From NCBI GenBank assembly GCA_036172245.1, contig JAYWIR010000007.1:868001-932000 (forward strand): a stretch of 64,000 nt of DNA, in the 5' to 3' direction. Source of the DNA: Raillietiella orientalis (taxonomy: Eukaryota). A model generated the notes under the pieces. That model worked only from the letters and a program-made list of their open reading frames with translations. It searched no databases and was not told the DNA's origin. This document shows, in pieces, positions 24,348-39,083 of this stretch (its first letter is position 1; every line of letters starts with the position of its first letter). A program made the position numbers and the translations under genes.

Positions 24348-24677
24348 GCCGACGAAAATTGTTCTCCTGCTGAGTAAGCAGCAGTCATTGGTGACATTGA
24401 AGAAATAAAATCAACAGGCGTTGACCTCACCGCGTGTATCTATGCATCTGTCCGTGCGTGCATTCTCCATTCTGAACAGCCGATTCTTAAGTGCGGATGC
24501 TCTGGCTTTCGATTTTCGAGGAGGTTGCCTTCGATCTTTCCAAGAAACGAGGTATTCTCTTGATTAGAAATGGATCCGCCAGCATGAAAATGACCCAGAG
24601 GTCGGAGTGAAGCCTGCGAATTTCGCAGACAAAAAAAAAAAAAAGCCTTCCCGACTTCCTAGACCACCCACACGTGC

Positions 24678-24680
<3 letters not shown>

Positions 24681-24770
<90 letters not shown>
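24681..24770. repeat. (GT)45 microsatellite
   Basis: Perfect dinucleotide run read directly from the sequence. Confidence 0.99.
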
Positions 24771-24771
<1 letters not shown>

Positions 24772-25849
24772 GGGTGGGGAGGATGAGATTTCTTGCGGAA
24801 CTCTTTTATTCGGAGCAAACAAGGAACCATGACGGCCGCCACCTTGTGCAAGCTGTCTCAGCATGGCAAAGAGGAAAAAGTAGATCTTTGCGCCGCTGGT
24901 TTCCCATAATCAACCACCACCACCCCATCTTGGGATTGAGAGAGAGCTCGCCATCAACATGGCTGGCAAGTGAGCACATTATTGTGAGCCAACACACAGA
25001 GCACTTTGTGGCGCCTCCTTTCTCTCATGAACTCCAGTTGCATGCTTGGATAAACTAGGGAATCCAAGTGAATTGATGATCGTCCAGCTGCAGCGTCGGC
25101 AGATGTTTCAGCATCCACCTTGGAACTGCAACTAAAAACAGAGATGTAGGTTTCCATGATGGTTGCAAAGTGGAAAACCTATGGGTTGTTTTTGGCTTTG
25201 CTGTTGTTTCCAGCACAGGAGGTAACGAGTGAGTAAAAACGAAACTCTCATGAAACCGTTCGTTAGTCATTGGGTCTTCGGACATCTTCCCTGGTGCGGA
25301 ACGAAATACCTGCTGATTAGGAAAGGTTTCTTGGCTTCGCCCCGTTTTGTATCCTCGACCCTGGTCACTGCCTCCTGGACTACGCGTGCAATAGGCTACG
25401 TGACTTCCACGCAGCCTATTGCATACCTCAGCGCCAAAGGTGTGACGTCCCCTGCCGTACGCTACCCGTGTGGTAGGTTCGCCTGCCGTTCTTGTCTCCA
25501 TCCGCCCGCTCTCAGATCCGAGCGCGCTGTTGGCACTCTCAAACTGGTCCTCCCGCCCTTTGCGCTGCCGCCTTCACAAGCTGACGTCGCGTTCGCTCTT
25601 CCCGAACCTTTGCTTCTTCAGCAGGAGCGCTTTCCGGCACACGCCTGTGAGGATCGTCCACTCGGATGAGACTTTTGTCTCACCCGTGACTTGTCGTCAA
25701 TGTTCCTCGATTCGTGTCCACGCAACAGGGAAAACCGCCTAGACTCTCCCGATTGGCGTCGACTCTTCCGGCTCCGTCTGGTGCCGAGCGTACATCCGGA
25801 TGCACCAGGACTCAACCAGGATCCCCTTCTAAGCTGATCTGAAAAGATC

Positions 25850-27200
25850 AACCGGAAGTTTTGTACTGCCAGATCGCTTCTTCGCATCCTTGGGCCTTTG
25901 ATGGGTGTTTTCAGAGGAGTGGTCACCGGGGGGAATAGGGAGAAACTGGAATTCGCTTTCTGAGGGTGTGAAGCTGTGGAAGGAACGCATCATTTCGAAC
26001 TTGGAGGTTCCATGAAACTCCTTATTCTGAAGCACACAGGCATGGAGCTCTACTACTAACATCTACTCTTTTGGAGTTTTGGTTGTATGTCTTATGGAAG
26101 GTGCCGTTCATGATGAAATGTGGGATTCTCCGCCTTTGGGTCATTTTACCTACCCAGTCCTCTAGACAGGGCCGTTGCTGCTTATCGTGCTGCGTATCCC
26201 AACAGACTCATCCTATGCATATTTTGGGGATGGTGGATGTTAGCAAACACACACTTCTCTTCTCGGCTCCTGTCGAGTTTCAGCGTTGTTCAAGTGTTCT
26301 CGCCTTCGCTTTTGAGATTTCAGATTTCTGGGGCTCTTACAACAGGTGCTTTCATGAAAGTCAGAACAGTGAGCTCTGGAGGAATAATGGGGAAGCCGTT
26401 CCATCCTGTCCCTTATTGACAGGGCGAGATCCTTTCACGCAATGGTTGAGAATGCGAATCTTCACCAGCCACACCTGTTGCGCAAGAAGTCTGCGCGATT
26501 CCTGGTAAGTGTTCCCTGTACTGAAAGCGCGTTCAGTCGTGCCGAATGGACGAACTGGTAGTCGGTGAATTCCAAAAGTGCTCCAACAAATGGGAAGTGG
26601 CTCGGTGGGCGCGATCATCGAGCCCATCTGCCTGCTTATCTACAAGAGAATGCCGTACTTATCTGTTCTGGGTTGCACGCAAGCTGAAGGCACATTGTGC
26701 GTCTAGCGCTTAGTTTGAAGGTCAATCCCTCCACATATATCTTGGATCTTTGTCTTTGAAGGTCACGGTTATCTGCATCCGACCAAAATTTTCTCTGACC
26801 CTGCTTTCCTTGTGTTCCTCATGTCGGCTTTCCGAACCCTCAGTCCCTGAGGATAGGAGCTTCCCTATCTTCCTTCGTAGGCGATGTCTGAATTCTTTTT
26901 CTGTTACCCCCGTACGTAGAACCTGTGGATCGGACCCGGAAAAGTCAGCAGCCTGAAGCAGCAGGTTTCGATCATGGAGCAGTCCTCTGGCCAGTCGAAG
27001 AGACTACGGCATTCCTCTGGTCGGTCGGCGTACAAGTATTCATCTGTCGAGCTTCTCGGAAAATTCAGGCACTTATTGATCCAACTACCTGATGTTATGT
27101 TAGAGGGTTCACTACTCCGCAGGACAAGGATGGGAAGGAAGGAAGCTTTCGTGGGATTTAACTTCAGCCACGGTGAAAGTCTGCAAGCTAAAACTCTCAA
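25850..27200 (-). mobile_element. Second, more decayed Utopia/NeSL-like RLE retrotransposon relic
   Basis: WLKLNPTKA, KCLNFPRSSTDEYLY, CFRLLTFP (compare AFKLLT at ~15140) and ILNHC occur in the expected order across frameshifts. Confidence 0.6.
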
Positions 27201-27249
27201 TACGTACCACGAATTTTTCCATGATGACCATGTTGCATGAAAAAACGAA

Positions 27250-29950
27250 CGAAGAAAAAATCAAACCGAAGGGCGTTTTGAAAATCTCGTTAGAAAGATA
27301 CTTCAACACTCAACGCAAACGATGCAGAGTTGACACTGAACGAGCCGAGAGGGTGATCTCTAAAGGAGCTGCTCTTGATCTTTACACAAATCTCTTCATG
27401 AAACCCGTTTCCTTTTCGGGGGAGTAGAAAACGGACAGGTCAAGTCTCGCCAACACATCACATTGGTTTTCCTCTTGTGATCCTTTATGGCTTATGAAAC
27501 CTTGTGATGTGTAGACTTTCTGCAGGATATTTTCACTACATTTTACACGAGCCTTGCCTTGATGCATAATATGGGTTCTATGAGACCTCATGAGGTTCTG
27601 CAGAAGATTTCCCATCCTTTCGAGCACTGCTTCCTCATTACAGGCCTTTTTTGACCATTCGAATAGCCTGCCCTTCCTCCTCCTCTCGAATTCATTGAAA
27701 GATGGCAGTTGCACTCACATCACAGGTCTAGATCAGCCTAGATTAGCTGCTGACTCAGAATGTTCACATTATATCTCCGCAAAGTCTCAAAATAGTCATT
27801 TCTCTTCTTGACTACGGTACCTGCAATCTCCTACTTGCTTACTATTACTCCGTAACACTATTCACATGTTTCCAATCGTAAAAGGGCTCTGTTCCTCGTC
27901 AATAAAGGAGTATCCTTTTTCTTGGCCAAGAGAAATTTCCGTCCGATAACTCTGAGCTTTTTGAAAGTATCCCTTAACCACCTTCAAATGCAATTCTCTG
28001 GAAACTGTTGTTTCAACTCATCTACAATGGTCCGAACGTCCGAACATCTTATGACCGAATGGACTGAATGAGATAAGCTGGAACCCATTTATGTAATCCA
28101 TTCCATCTTTCCTCCGAAATATCTGAAGTCTGCTATCGCCTTCACAGGAAACCCTCAATGCAGTTTATTCAAGTTATTTGAGGGAACTGCTGCTTTTACT
28201 AGCATACTTCCCCTTTGGACACTAAATGTTGTCAGAGTCTGCTTGGTTTGTTTCTAGCATGGTTCATGGAACGCGAAGCTGTGTGCAATATTAGCATTTT
28301 ACTCTATACACGAAGCTAGTTAGGGAAGGCGTATAGCGAAGACTTCTCAAGTAGGGACAACTGCTCATCCGTGATGCTCCTTGCATGCATGATGGAAATC
28401 CGTCTCCGGGATTATTAATAGCTCTGTAGACCCTTAAGCAACTGTGTCATCTGAACGCAAGACGGTTTTATACTTTCCACGCATCTTAGTGACCATTTAG
28501 CATTCTGTAGATTTTATGCTAACTGATTGCCAATACAATGACTAGACTTCAAACGATTTGGTTCCTGAACTATGACTTTTCTAACATTTCGGAATCCTCT
28601 AAAGTCTCAAAGAATGCACTATTGTGACAGTTGCAGAGTAGCTGATTAGTTAGTTCTCTTTAAGCTTCCTCTTCTTTCTTATCAACAGTTTCAGCAGATA
28701 CAAAGTGAGAAATATTATCATTTCGATATTCGCGAAATGATCGATTCCCTCCAGAGTAAAATTGCCCTACAGGAATGGCTTTGCTGTCTTGCTAACTTCC
28801 ATTGACGTTTACGCAAAAACTGCTTGGGGAAATCAGAAGGCGAAATTTCAGAGATTACGTGATCACTGGATCCTGATGGCATTTTCTTTTTTTTTCCTCC
28901 AAAGCTCGAAAATTCAAATAAAGATGCATGCCCAACCATCTGAAAAGGTAGACTTTCTAAAGAAATCTAGTTGCAATTGTGAAGATGCTTTTCAGAAATT
29001 ATTGAAGTTCTTCAGCAAATAGGGCTGGCAAAAGTTTATTATTTACGGTCCAATGAACACAAAATATGATCATTTGCATAGTAAAGACACGTTCTTGATC
29101 CAAACTATCTCGAGAGGGGTTTTTTCTTTGCTTTTAAACAAAATTCATTCTTCTTTGCTTAAACTTATCTGTTTTCTTCTGTCGATGGTTGATTTAGCTT
29201 TTTCTCATCCATAGATGATGTATTCGTTTCTTGGCTCCATGCTCTCCATGCTTAACGAGCCAAACCGATTCATCTGTTCATCTTAGCTCACGTTTTTTGC
29301 TTTAGCACTCACCTTACTCCCTCTTTTCGGGAACATCTATGTTTTTAACTAATAGATGAGCTTCCTGTATTCTTAAAAATTATGACAAACTGTACCACAA
29401 ATGTTAAGAATGAATCTGAATCCACAAAAGCTTCTTAAATGGCCTCAAAGATAGAAAATCTCAAAGCAAATATTACCATCCCGAAAATTGAACCTAAATT
29501 CTGAAATTGTCATTGGAAGGAAGATTAAAATATTAATAGAAAGGAGAGAGATTCTTTAGATTCTTAGCCTTCTTCTCTGAGGAACTCACACAGAAGACTC
29601 TCCTTAAAGCAATAATTTTCATCATAGCCTTCTTTACCACTTTTGCTATAGGCCTGCTACAAGCTTGGCAGATGGTGAAAAAATCTGCTATTTTGAATGA
29701 TGTGGATACGGCAGAGTTTGTTCATTATACTCAATACCTTTGGGCTTCTCCACTCCACTCTCCATGCATTCCTTCGTTTCTATCATGGTTCCAGTATGTG
29801 TTCCAACGGCGAAGTTTTGAAGAGAGAAGTGATTGAAGGGACGAATCCAAGGGAACGAAAAATTTTGGAGTAATTTTGGAGTTGTTTAAGTTCTTTTACG
29901 TTAGCGACAGGTGCTATCGAATTACTTGGCGGAACTCTTTTCAACTGAAA
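27250..29950 (-). mobile_element. Old AT-rich L1-like ORF2 relic (APE-linker-RT)
   Basis: Degenerate motifs in collinear order: VANVKELKQLQNYSKIFRSL (APE start), WLVKHGEHGAK (linker), KMPSGSSD, FPVKAIADFRYFG. Confidence 0.45.
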
Positions 29951-30576
29951 TGCAAGAAATAATGCAATTTATTTTCATGTTTTTGTGAATTCTTTTTCGT
30001 TCTTCGAAATAGCAGATGTGTGAGCTGCACGTGATGATGGTTTCCCTCAATAATCCCTTCAAGCAATGTTCCCTAAGTTGCCTCGTGAGGACCTCTTCTC
30101 GCGGACTCGCCGCATCTTCATCTTCATCCATTAATGAGAACAGCTGGCAACCCGCAAGTCTTCGGGAGATGCCGGTGCGGCCTCGTCCGATTTTCGCTAC
30201 GCATCGCGCCGGTCACGTGCGGTCGTCCTCTGCTCTCTGTGTTTGTGGTTCAGATGCCACAGGCATCCGGTGAATCCTTGTTTTGTGCACTGCCGTATCG
30301 ATTAAAAGATGCGGAAAGCTTTCTGCGTCTTTGATCCGAAATGTTTTGGTTGTCTTCGGAAATGAAAGTTTCGATTAAGTTTAAGTAACGTAAGAAATCG
30401 ACGTGTTCCCATTGACGTTGTATTTGCAAACATTATTGAAATGCCAGACGAAAGCTATAAGTGAAGTGTGTGTTTCGTAGATGACATTGCTACGGCATAC
30501 TTCTGGTGCAGCAGTAGCAGACCTCCGTATTGCTCTCAGATGCAGATGAGAAAAAACCGTCTAGCCAGGGCTCTGA

Positions 30577-32077
<1,501 letters not shown>

Positions 32078-32151
32078 ATATACAAAATGACTTCCAAAGT
32101 TTATACATTATTCTCTGATTATTATTGGAATTGATAAACACCTATGTTAAT

Positions 32152-35100
32152 TTATATATCACAATTCTTGCTGTGTTCCATTTCTTTTTCAAGAACTTTC
32201 TTAAAATCAGAAAGACTCTTTTCTAAACTCAAACAAAATCCTTTAGATCCAGGAAGAAGAGGAAAATCAGGAATTTCTAACTCTAATTCCCATATTTCAA
32301 TTTTTATTTGGATATGATAAGTACTTACCACCATTGTTCATTTCATATTGGCATTTAGTCCCATCTTCAGATCTTGCAGATAATTCGACATACGATTGTG
32401 ATCTCTTCAAAAAACTAACGTGGTTTGCACATTTAGTAACCAGTTTACTTGCACAAAATGAATTTCATACCAGTTTGCATAGGCAGCTAAATGGTTTTTC
32501 ACTTCCTCTTTGAAAATTTCTGGCGGATTCAACATAATAGCAGTCATTGCTTGTGCCATTCTTACTACAACCATCTCATTATACATACGAGAATTCTCTT
32601 GTTGTAGCTGATGACCTTTGAGTTTTGCTAGACCAGCCTCATTATAGTAAGGTTCACTGCACAGAATTAGCCCTGCACAACATTCGATAACCTTCAAGGT
32701 TCAAATTATTAATCGAAAATATTGATGTGCACCTTGTATTGATATTAGTAACTGAAGGAGGCTGGAATTTTCAGTCCATACTTCTGATCCTCTTCCATCC
32801 CATGTACCTAACAAGCTCACACAAACCATTCCTTGAGTATAAAGATTTGGATTAAGACGATCTGAACAATAATTCAAGTAATGACAATGTGGTGGACTTT
32901 GAGGATAATCTTCAGGAAAATGAAAATCAAAAAAGAACAATCCATCCTCATAAGGGGTTTTTGATGGTCCAATGATCATAGCAGAATAAAGATCCTTGAA
33001 AAACATGAATATAAAATAATGCAACAGTTGCATACCATACGATCTTCACAAGCTTTAACGATGATTCCATTAGGCAGAGATGTCTTTAGCAATTCAATCT
33101 CCCTCCTAACAGCATTTATAAATTCCTTTGTACAAGGAGGATGTGGGTGCGTTTTAAATTTGTGAGATTCTGGCATACTATCAATAATTTGAAATGCTAA
33201 AATCCTTCAGTTAGCAGTTAATGGTAAAAGAACACTTACGCTGAGTAGGAACAAAAACACCATTTAAATCTTTAACACCTACAGGGCTGGTTATTGCTTT
33301 TGAGATTTCCGACAATCGACTTTTTCTACAAGTTGTGTTGAAAACCTCCGAAAATTCTGGATCACTGCAAAATCTTCTCATTATGGCATCTTCGATGTTT
33401 TGAACATATTTTTTCAGTACAGCAAACACTTTCTGAGATAAATCGCTGATCCCATTTCCTCGGCTATCTTGGTCAGGATTTTGATCACTTTCAAAAGATA
33501 TACTATCTGTTTTTTGTGTTGACTTTTCAACATTCGCACGTGAACTACTGTGAACTGTAGAATTTAAAGAACTTTCCTCGTTATTCAATAACTTAAATAA
33601 CTGGCGTAAAAGACGATGAGTGTTTTTTTTCCCTTTGCTAACATGATTGGCAAATCCCTCAAATTGGTTGTTATCAAAAAAAGCAATGCCTAGGAGATCA
33701 CTTATGTTCCTGAAAAATTTTGTAGCAGTTAAACAAAATACTGCAAATGCTGAGGCATAATTCTAGTAATACGGTCATGTGCATCGAGACAAGAAAGCAA
33801 TACAGCAATAGAGAAAAACTATGGGTTAGCATGTTCAGGAAAAGATCAATTGTGACTACATGTACACATATGAGATTAATACAAGTTTCTTTTTTCTGCA
33901 TTAGAAAAGTGATGGTCACATTCAGAACACAGATTTAACAAAATCTGAGTAAATCAAGCATACAATAATAAGTCTTCACTGTGTTACCTGCACTGTTTTA
34001 GTAGATCTATTATTTTTTTCATATACAAAAACAGATCTTTAATAATGACATCGAATTTTGATTCCATGTCAGCAAGGCTCGACTCAACACTATGGAAGAT
34101 TGGAGCTACAGCTTTAAGCACCATATTCTCATCAACTGTGCTAAAACAAAATTGCTTTCAAAAGTCTCAGATGATAACTAATCATGATCCTTCATGATTC
34201 CATAATTCATTAATTTTACTGAATCAAAGCAGATACATTACCTTTGAATACCTGGAACCGAGCAAATAGACTCAGTGATATATGAATTATTGGTGACATC
34301 ACTATCATCCCATAATTCACCTTTATCAGAATCATATTCACCTATTTTATAAAGCTCTTGTGGATGACAATAGGAAATCTGATCAGATGCCCACCATACT
34401 TCAATCTGTCATAATAGAGAAAAAATTAATTCACTTGAATTAATTTTTCATGGTCATGGTTCATTTTAAATTTTAATAAACGAAATGCATAAACACCTGT
34501 CCTGAAGTGTGAAGATCAATTACTTGACCTACATTGCAACTTGGATCTGAAGATTCGAAATTTCCTATTCTCGTGACTACTGTACCAGCTCTAAATACGA
34601 TATCAGGATGATCTTTAATGTCGTAAACGCTCATTTCTTCTTCTTTGAGAAATAAAGGTCTGAATTACAAAAACAGGAAGTTACAAACTGAAAAATACTG
34701 AAAAAACAAAACAAAGTGACCGTACTGGTTAAAAAATTTCATCCTTCTTTATGAGACCTTTGCTTTAAAAAGTTTCATAAGGAGATATTCTCCCAAAGGA
34801 TTTTCGTATTACCTGATGCCTATATCAACAGCATAAGAACTGGTAAGAATCTGATTCAAAACAGGTGTCTTGGGGGTTAAAAATTATGCACTTACAAGTG
34901 CGTTGAAAAGTTTAGAAGCAAAAACGCAAACAGCTTCATATAATTTCAACACTGCCTTAAAATAATTGCGCAATTAATGAATTTCATTGAAATTGAGTAT
35001 CATCTTATGAAAAGTGCATGTGAGGATAATGGATAGATCCCAAAATTGGGCAAAACTTGAAAACAGTTCCACTAAATGCACACATGTACTAAAAATAGGT

Positions 35101-38100
35101 GCATAAATCACCAAATGAAACATAACTAAATTTACTTTTAACTGACATGCATAGTTTTCTCAATGTGCACACAACCTGGAGACCCAAAGGAATTGGGTTA
35201 ATTCGCTCGGACATAACTTCGGATAATATTGCATTCTACTCAAGACATTTCAATCTATTAAACTAATTTGACAAAAAATAAATTTACTTTCGGAATTGGA
35301 ATTTCATTTAATTTCATTTTCATAAACCAAAACATCTGATCCTACTGCTTCTTCCCCAAAACATATGTTGATATAATGCTATATCAATCTTATATTGCAT
35401 ATACAGCATATCCTCAAGGGACACATTATTAATTTTACATTGATAATATGTTCACGGTTTATTTTCAAACTGAGGCCATTAAATGCATGCAGATTCTTAC
35501 CGAGGATTCTTTTCATCATCATATGCTTGGTACCACGAGACTACTGCAGTTCTTTCCTTATAATTTACTTTCTGAACTACTCCATACTGTTGTTTCATAA
35601 CTGTTACCCTATTGTCTTCAACAAAATCTCCTGGGAAAAACTGATGTTCGTCAACATGGCTAATAGGAAGTAACTCAACAGAATTTATGTTTTCCTCGAT
35701 TGTGCCATCCTATAATACAATGAGAAGTTGGAATACAAGCCAGTTTCTACAGATGCTTCTTTCATTAAATAAAAAAGGTGAAGAGCGCGTTGAATTATTA
35801 GATATTATTAGATAATTTCCGTCAATCGCTATCACATAGAAAGCTATGCTAGGATGGTCTTTACATTTAATCTAAATAAATGTGGTCATAAGTGGTCTAC
35901 TAAAATGGCTGATAATGATGTGCAAAGCTAAAGAAATGTAACCACAGCTTTCAAAGAAAAAGTGCATAATTACATACTTGCCAAATGACTTTCACTTTTG
36001 ACTGCGTGAATATTGTTTCTACTACAACTCTTTCACCAACTGCATAGTTATGCAACACTGGGGCTTCCGATTCTAATTTTGGTGATTCTCTTTTCACAGT
36101 AAGCTTTTTAACAGGTAAGTGTGATCCCTTATTCTTACTTCCTGAAATTTATTCAAAAATTCATTCTGCAATAAAGCAACAAAGACAAACCTTACTTTGA
36201 GTTCTCAATGATTTCAAAGGTTTACTTTTTGTTTGTAAGGGACTTTTATCGACCTTGGACTTTGGATCTTTGTTTTTTTGGTTTCCGTGCTCACTGTCGA
36301 TTTCAAAAACTTCGCCTATCGTGTGGCATATTTCTAGGAGAAAAAGCCTACATTATTTAATGAGGCACATGTAAACTGAAAACCATCTATGATATCAGTG
36401 GAGATGATCTTAAGTTGACTGTTAATGTGAATTAGTGATTGAATTAAAAAGAAACCTTGGTTTTTGTTTGTTGAGTCCTCCAAAGTTGTTGTTGAAGAAT
36501 CAGCATTAGCAGTGAGATTCAACCTGACAGTTTCTTTCCACTGATCTAATGTCACTATTGTATCAGAACCTCCAATAACATAAAAATTCTTATCTCCTAT
36601 CTGTAGTGTATTATATTCAAAGTAGTTCAAAAGTTTTACCCTAGTCATGTTGATTATATGGGACCAAATGAGAAAACACATACTTTTGAAAATCATCAAA
36701 TCCTAAAACAGTAGGAAGCTGTTGCACACATGAGATCTCTTGATTATCAGTAGAAGCCTGTGAATGCCATTTAACTGCAATCTGATCGACTTTTATTTCT
36801 TCTATAATCACTTGAAATAATTTGGTTGCTTTAGCATGCCTTAGGTCTTTAGAACGATTTATCCAATGAGCATTTTTAAAACACTTAAATGGTCCGACTA
36901 ATTCTTGCCCTGGGTGGAATGCACGCCCAAAACTTGAATTCTAAAAATCAAAATCAAACTATACAGCGCTGAAAATCAAAATCAAAACTGCATTAGAATC
37001 AACAATAAACTAATATCTACGAAATTCATATCCATCGACAAATAATCTATGAAGAAAGAGAGAGAGATGGAAGAGAAAACTTTTGTACTACCACTACTTT
37101 TTATCATTTCTTTCCTACATCTCGCATGTAGAAATATTAAGCTTTTTCATTATTCCATATTACATGTACTAGAATGCTTCCATTAAACTGATTTTTTATC
37201 TCAAGTTTAGATAATTAAGTTAGTTTTTTATTCATTATGATACCTATGAATATAAAGACATGATTCTTATAAATACAAGAGTTGTGAAAACCAATGAGAA
37301 CTTCCAAATCGCACTGAGTTTCATGGCTAAGATCCCTTAACAAAAAGTTAAAAACAAAATAAAGTGCACAATACCTTCACTCGCTTATCCTTCACATCAG
37401 TCAAGCCATCAGCATAATCCTCTTGTAAAATGCACTTGGACCCATTTGCAAATGACAATACCAATTTTCGTTCCATGTTAACCACAACACCAACCCAAGA
37501 ATCTTTCAAGTATGCAGCATATTCTCCAATATTCTAAAACAGTTTCCCAAAATTCTAAAAGTGTAGTTGCTTGAAAAGCAGACTTTTAAAGATGCTAATT
37601 AGACTCAGTGTTCAATCATGTAAAAATTAAATTAATACCACATTCTACAATTTTTTTGCATTAGCAGTGTTATGTTTAGTACTTATTGCAAAGAGTGCAG
37701 CAAACCTAATGCACTAAAAATATAACGTATTAAATTTTAAAAAAATCCGTTTAATACTGAAATTGTACAAAACTCTTACCAATAGTTGTAGAGCTTTACT
37801 GGATACATTACAAATCACAAATGGAGTTCCATATATTTTAATAGTGGCTTCAACATTGACTGCTTTACATATACCTTGTTGAGTTTTTGGTGAAATCCTT
37901 CTCACTACATCACCTGGCATTAATGCTCTATCAGCTAAATTAATCTATTTAAACAATAACATTAGAAGACTGTTCATGTTTAAAAAACGAGCTCAACTGA
38001 ATGGCATTATGATACAAATTTCTTATCTTTCTACATATGACCATCAATAATTGTCCTAATTAAAACACATGAAAAACCTACCATTTTGCAAATACATTCA

Positions 38101-39083
38101 CTGAAACTGTTATAACAATAATGAACTCGAAATTCATAAAGGAAACTCAAATTCATTTAAATAAAAAGTGATAACAAGACTAACAAGGAATGTATTTAGA
38201 AAGTATACAATGCTGCACTGAGATACAAAGTGTTTAGAAGATGGATCATAAATCAAAGTACAAACAGCTTACGACAGAACAAACAGAACAAATTTAATTT
38301 TAGATTCTAATTACCTAAAATTTTATCATCAATGCTTTTGATCTAAAATTCATAAGAAATCATGTAAAAATAGTATGAAAGCCAAAATACTTTGAAAAAG
38401 TATTTTGGCTTTCATAACTAATTACAGAAACACTTTGAAAAAGTTGTGTTTTTGTAATAAGAAAGAAACAGACCAGATGGAAACTAAATGATGTAGCACA
38501 AGATAAACAACAATAATCTTCAAAGCTTACTTTATGGTATAAGTGTTCTCACTTGATTAAGATGCTACTCTCAGATAACAGCACACATTTCACATGATGT
38601 AAATCATACTGAAGTGTGGAACAAAAATATCAAAGCTTTCCATAAAAGTGCATTAGAGAACACATGAAAGTATTCTACAATTTCACAGCTACACACATGA
38701 ATAATTATGATCAATCCCTATTTGATGCTTACTAAATAAATTAATGTAATGATAAATGCATATGAAATAAGAACACATGCATAATCATCAATGTGAGCAG
38801 ATTACATGGAAATTCACATCACTTTAAAAGAATCCTATATTTTCTGTTCAAACAAGTTGGAAAAATTCTTTTTAACCTTTTTTTCATTAATAATTTCCTC
38901 TTCTCCACGAGGATGCCAAGAGACTTTAACAAATCCTTTTCTTATATGGCAGTTTTCATAGTCACTATCTTCATCTGAAGACTCATCTACCACATTTTCT
39001 GAAACAATGCCAACTTCAATATCTCCATTTTTCTTTATTCTGTACACTTCATCTCCATGATAAAAAAGAGGATCTTCTTCCAT
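32152..39083 (-). CDS. UBE2O: E2/E3 hybrid ubiquitin-conjugating enzyme UBE2O, multi-exon
   Basis: Exons encode [43 protein letters not shown], the UBC domain [27 protein letters not shown]...[20 protein letters not shown], then EPYYNEAG and [12 protein letters not shown]. Not every internal junction was resolved; an acceptor near 39145 implies an upstream non-coding exon. Confidence 0.95.

Noticed and set aside
24487..25058. TH/CV-repeat ORFs
   Set aside because: Translation artefacts of the (GT)45 microsatellite.
29314..30131. Small spliced gene divergent from MRM2 (plausible GT-AG sites, ~65 aa)
   Set aside because: No recognisable protein. The region is better explained as the decayed endonuclease end of a LINE collinear with 27250-29300, though a lncRNA cannot be excluded.
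37325..37334. U2 snRNA-like GGCTAAGATC
   Set aside because: Only a 10-nt match inside an intron; the flanks do not match U2.
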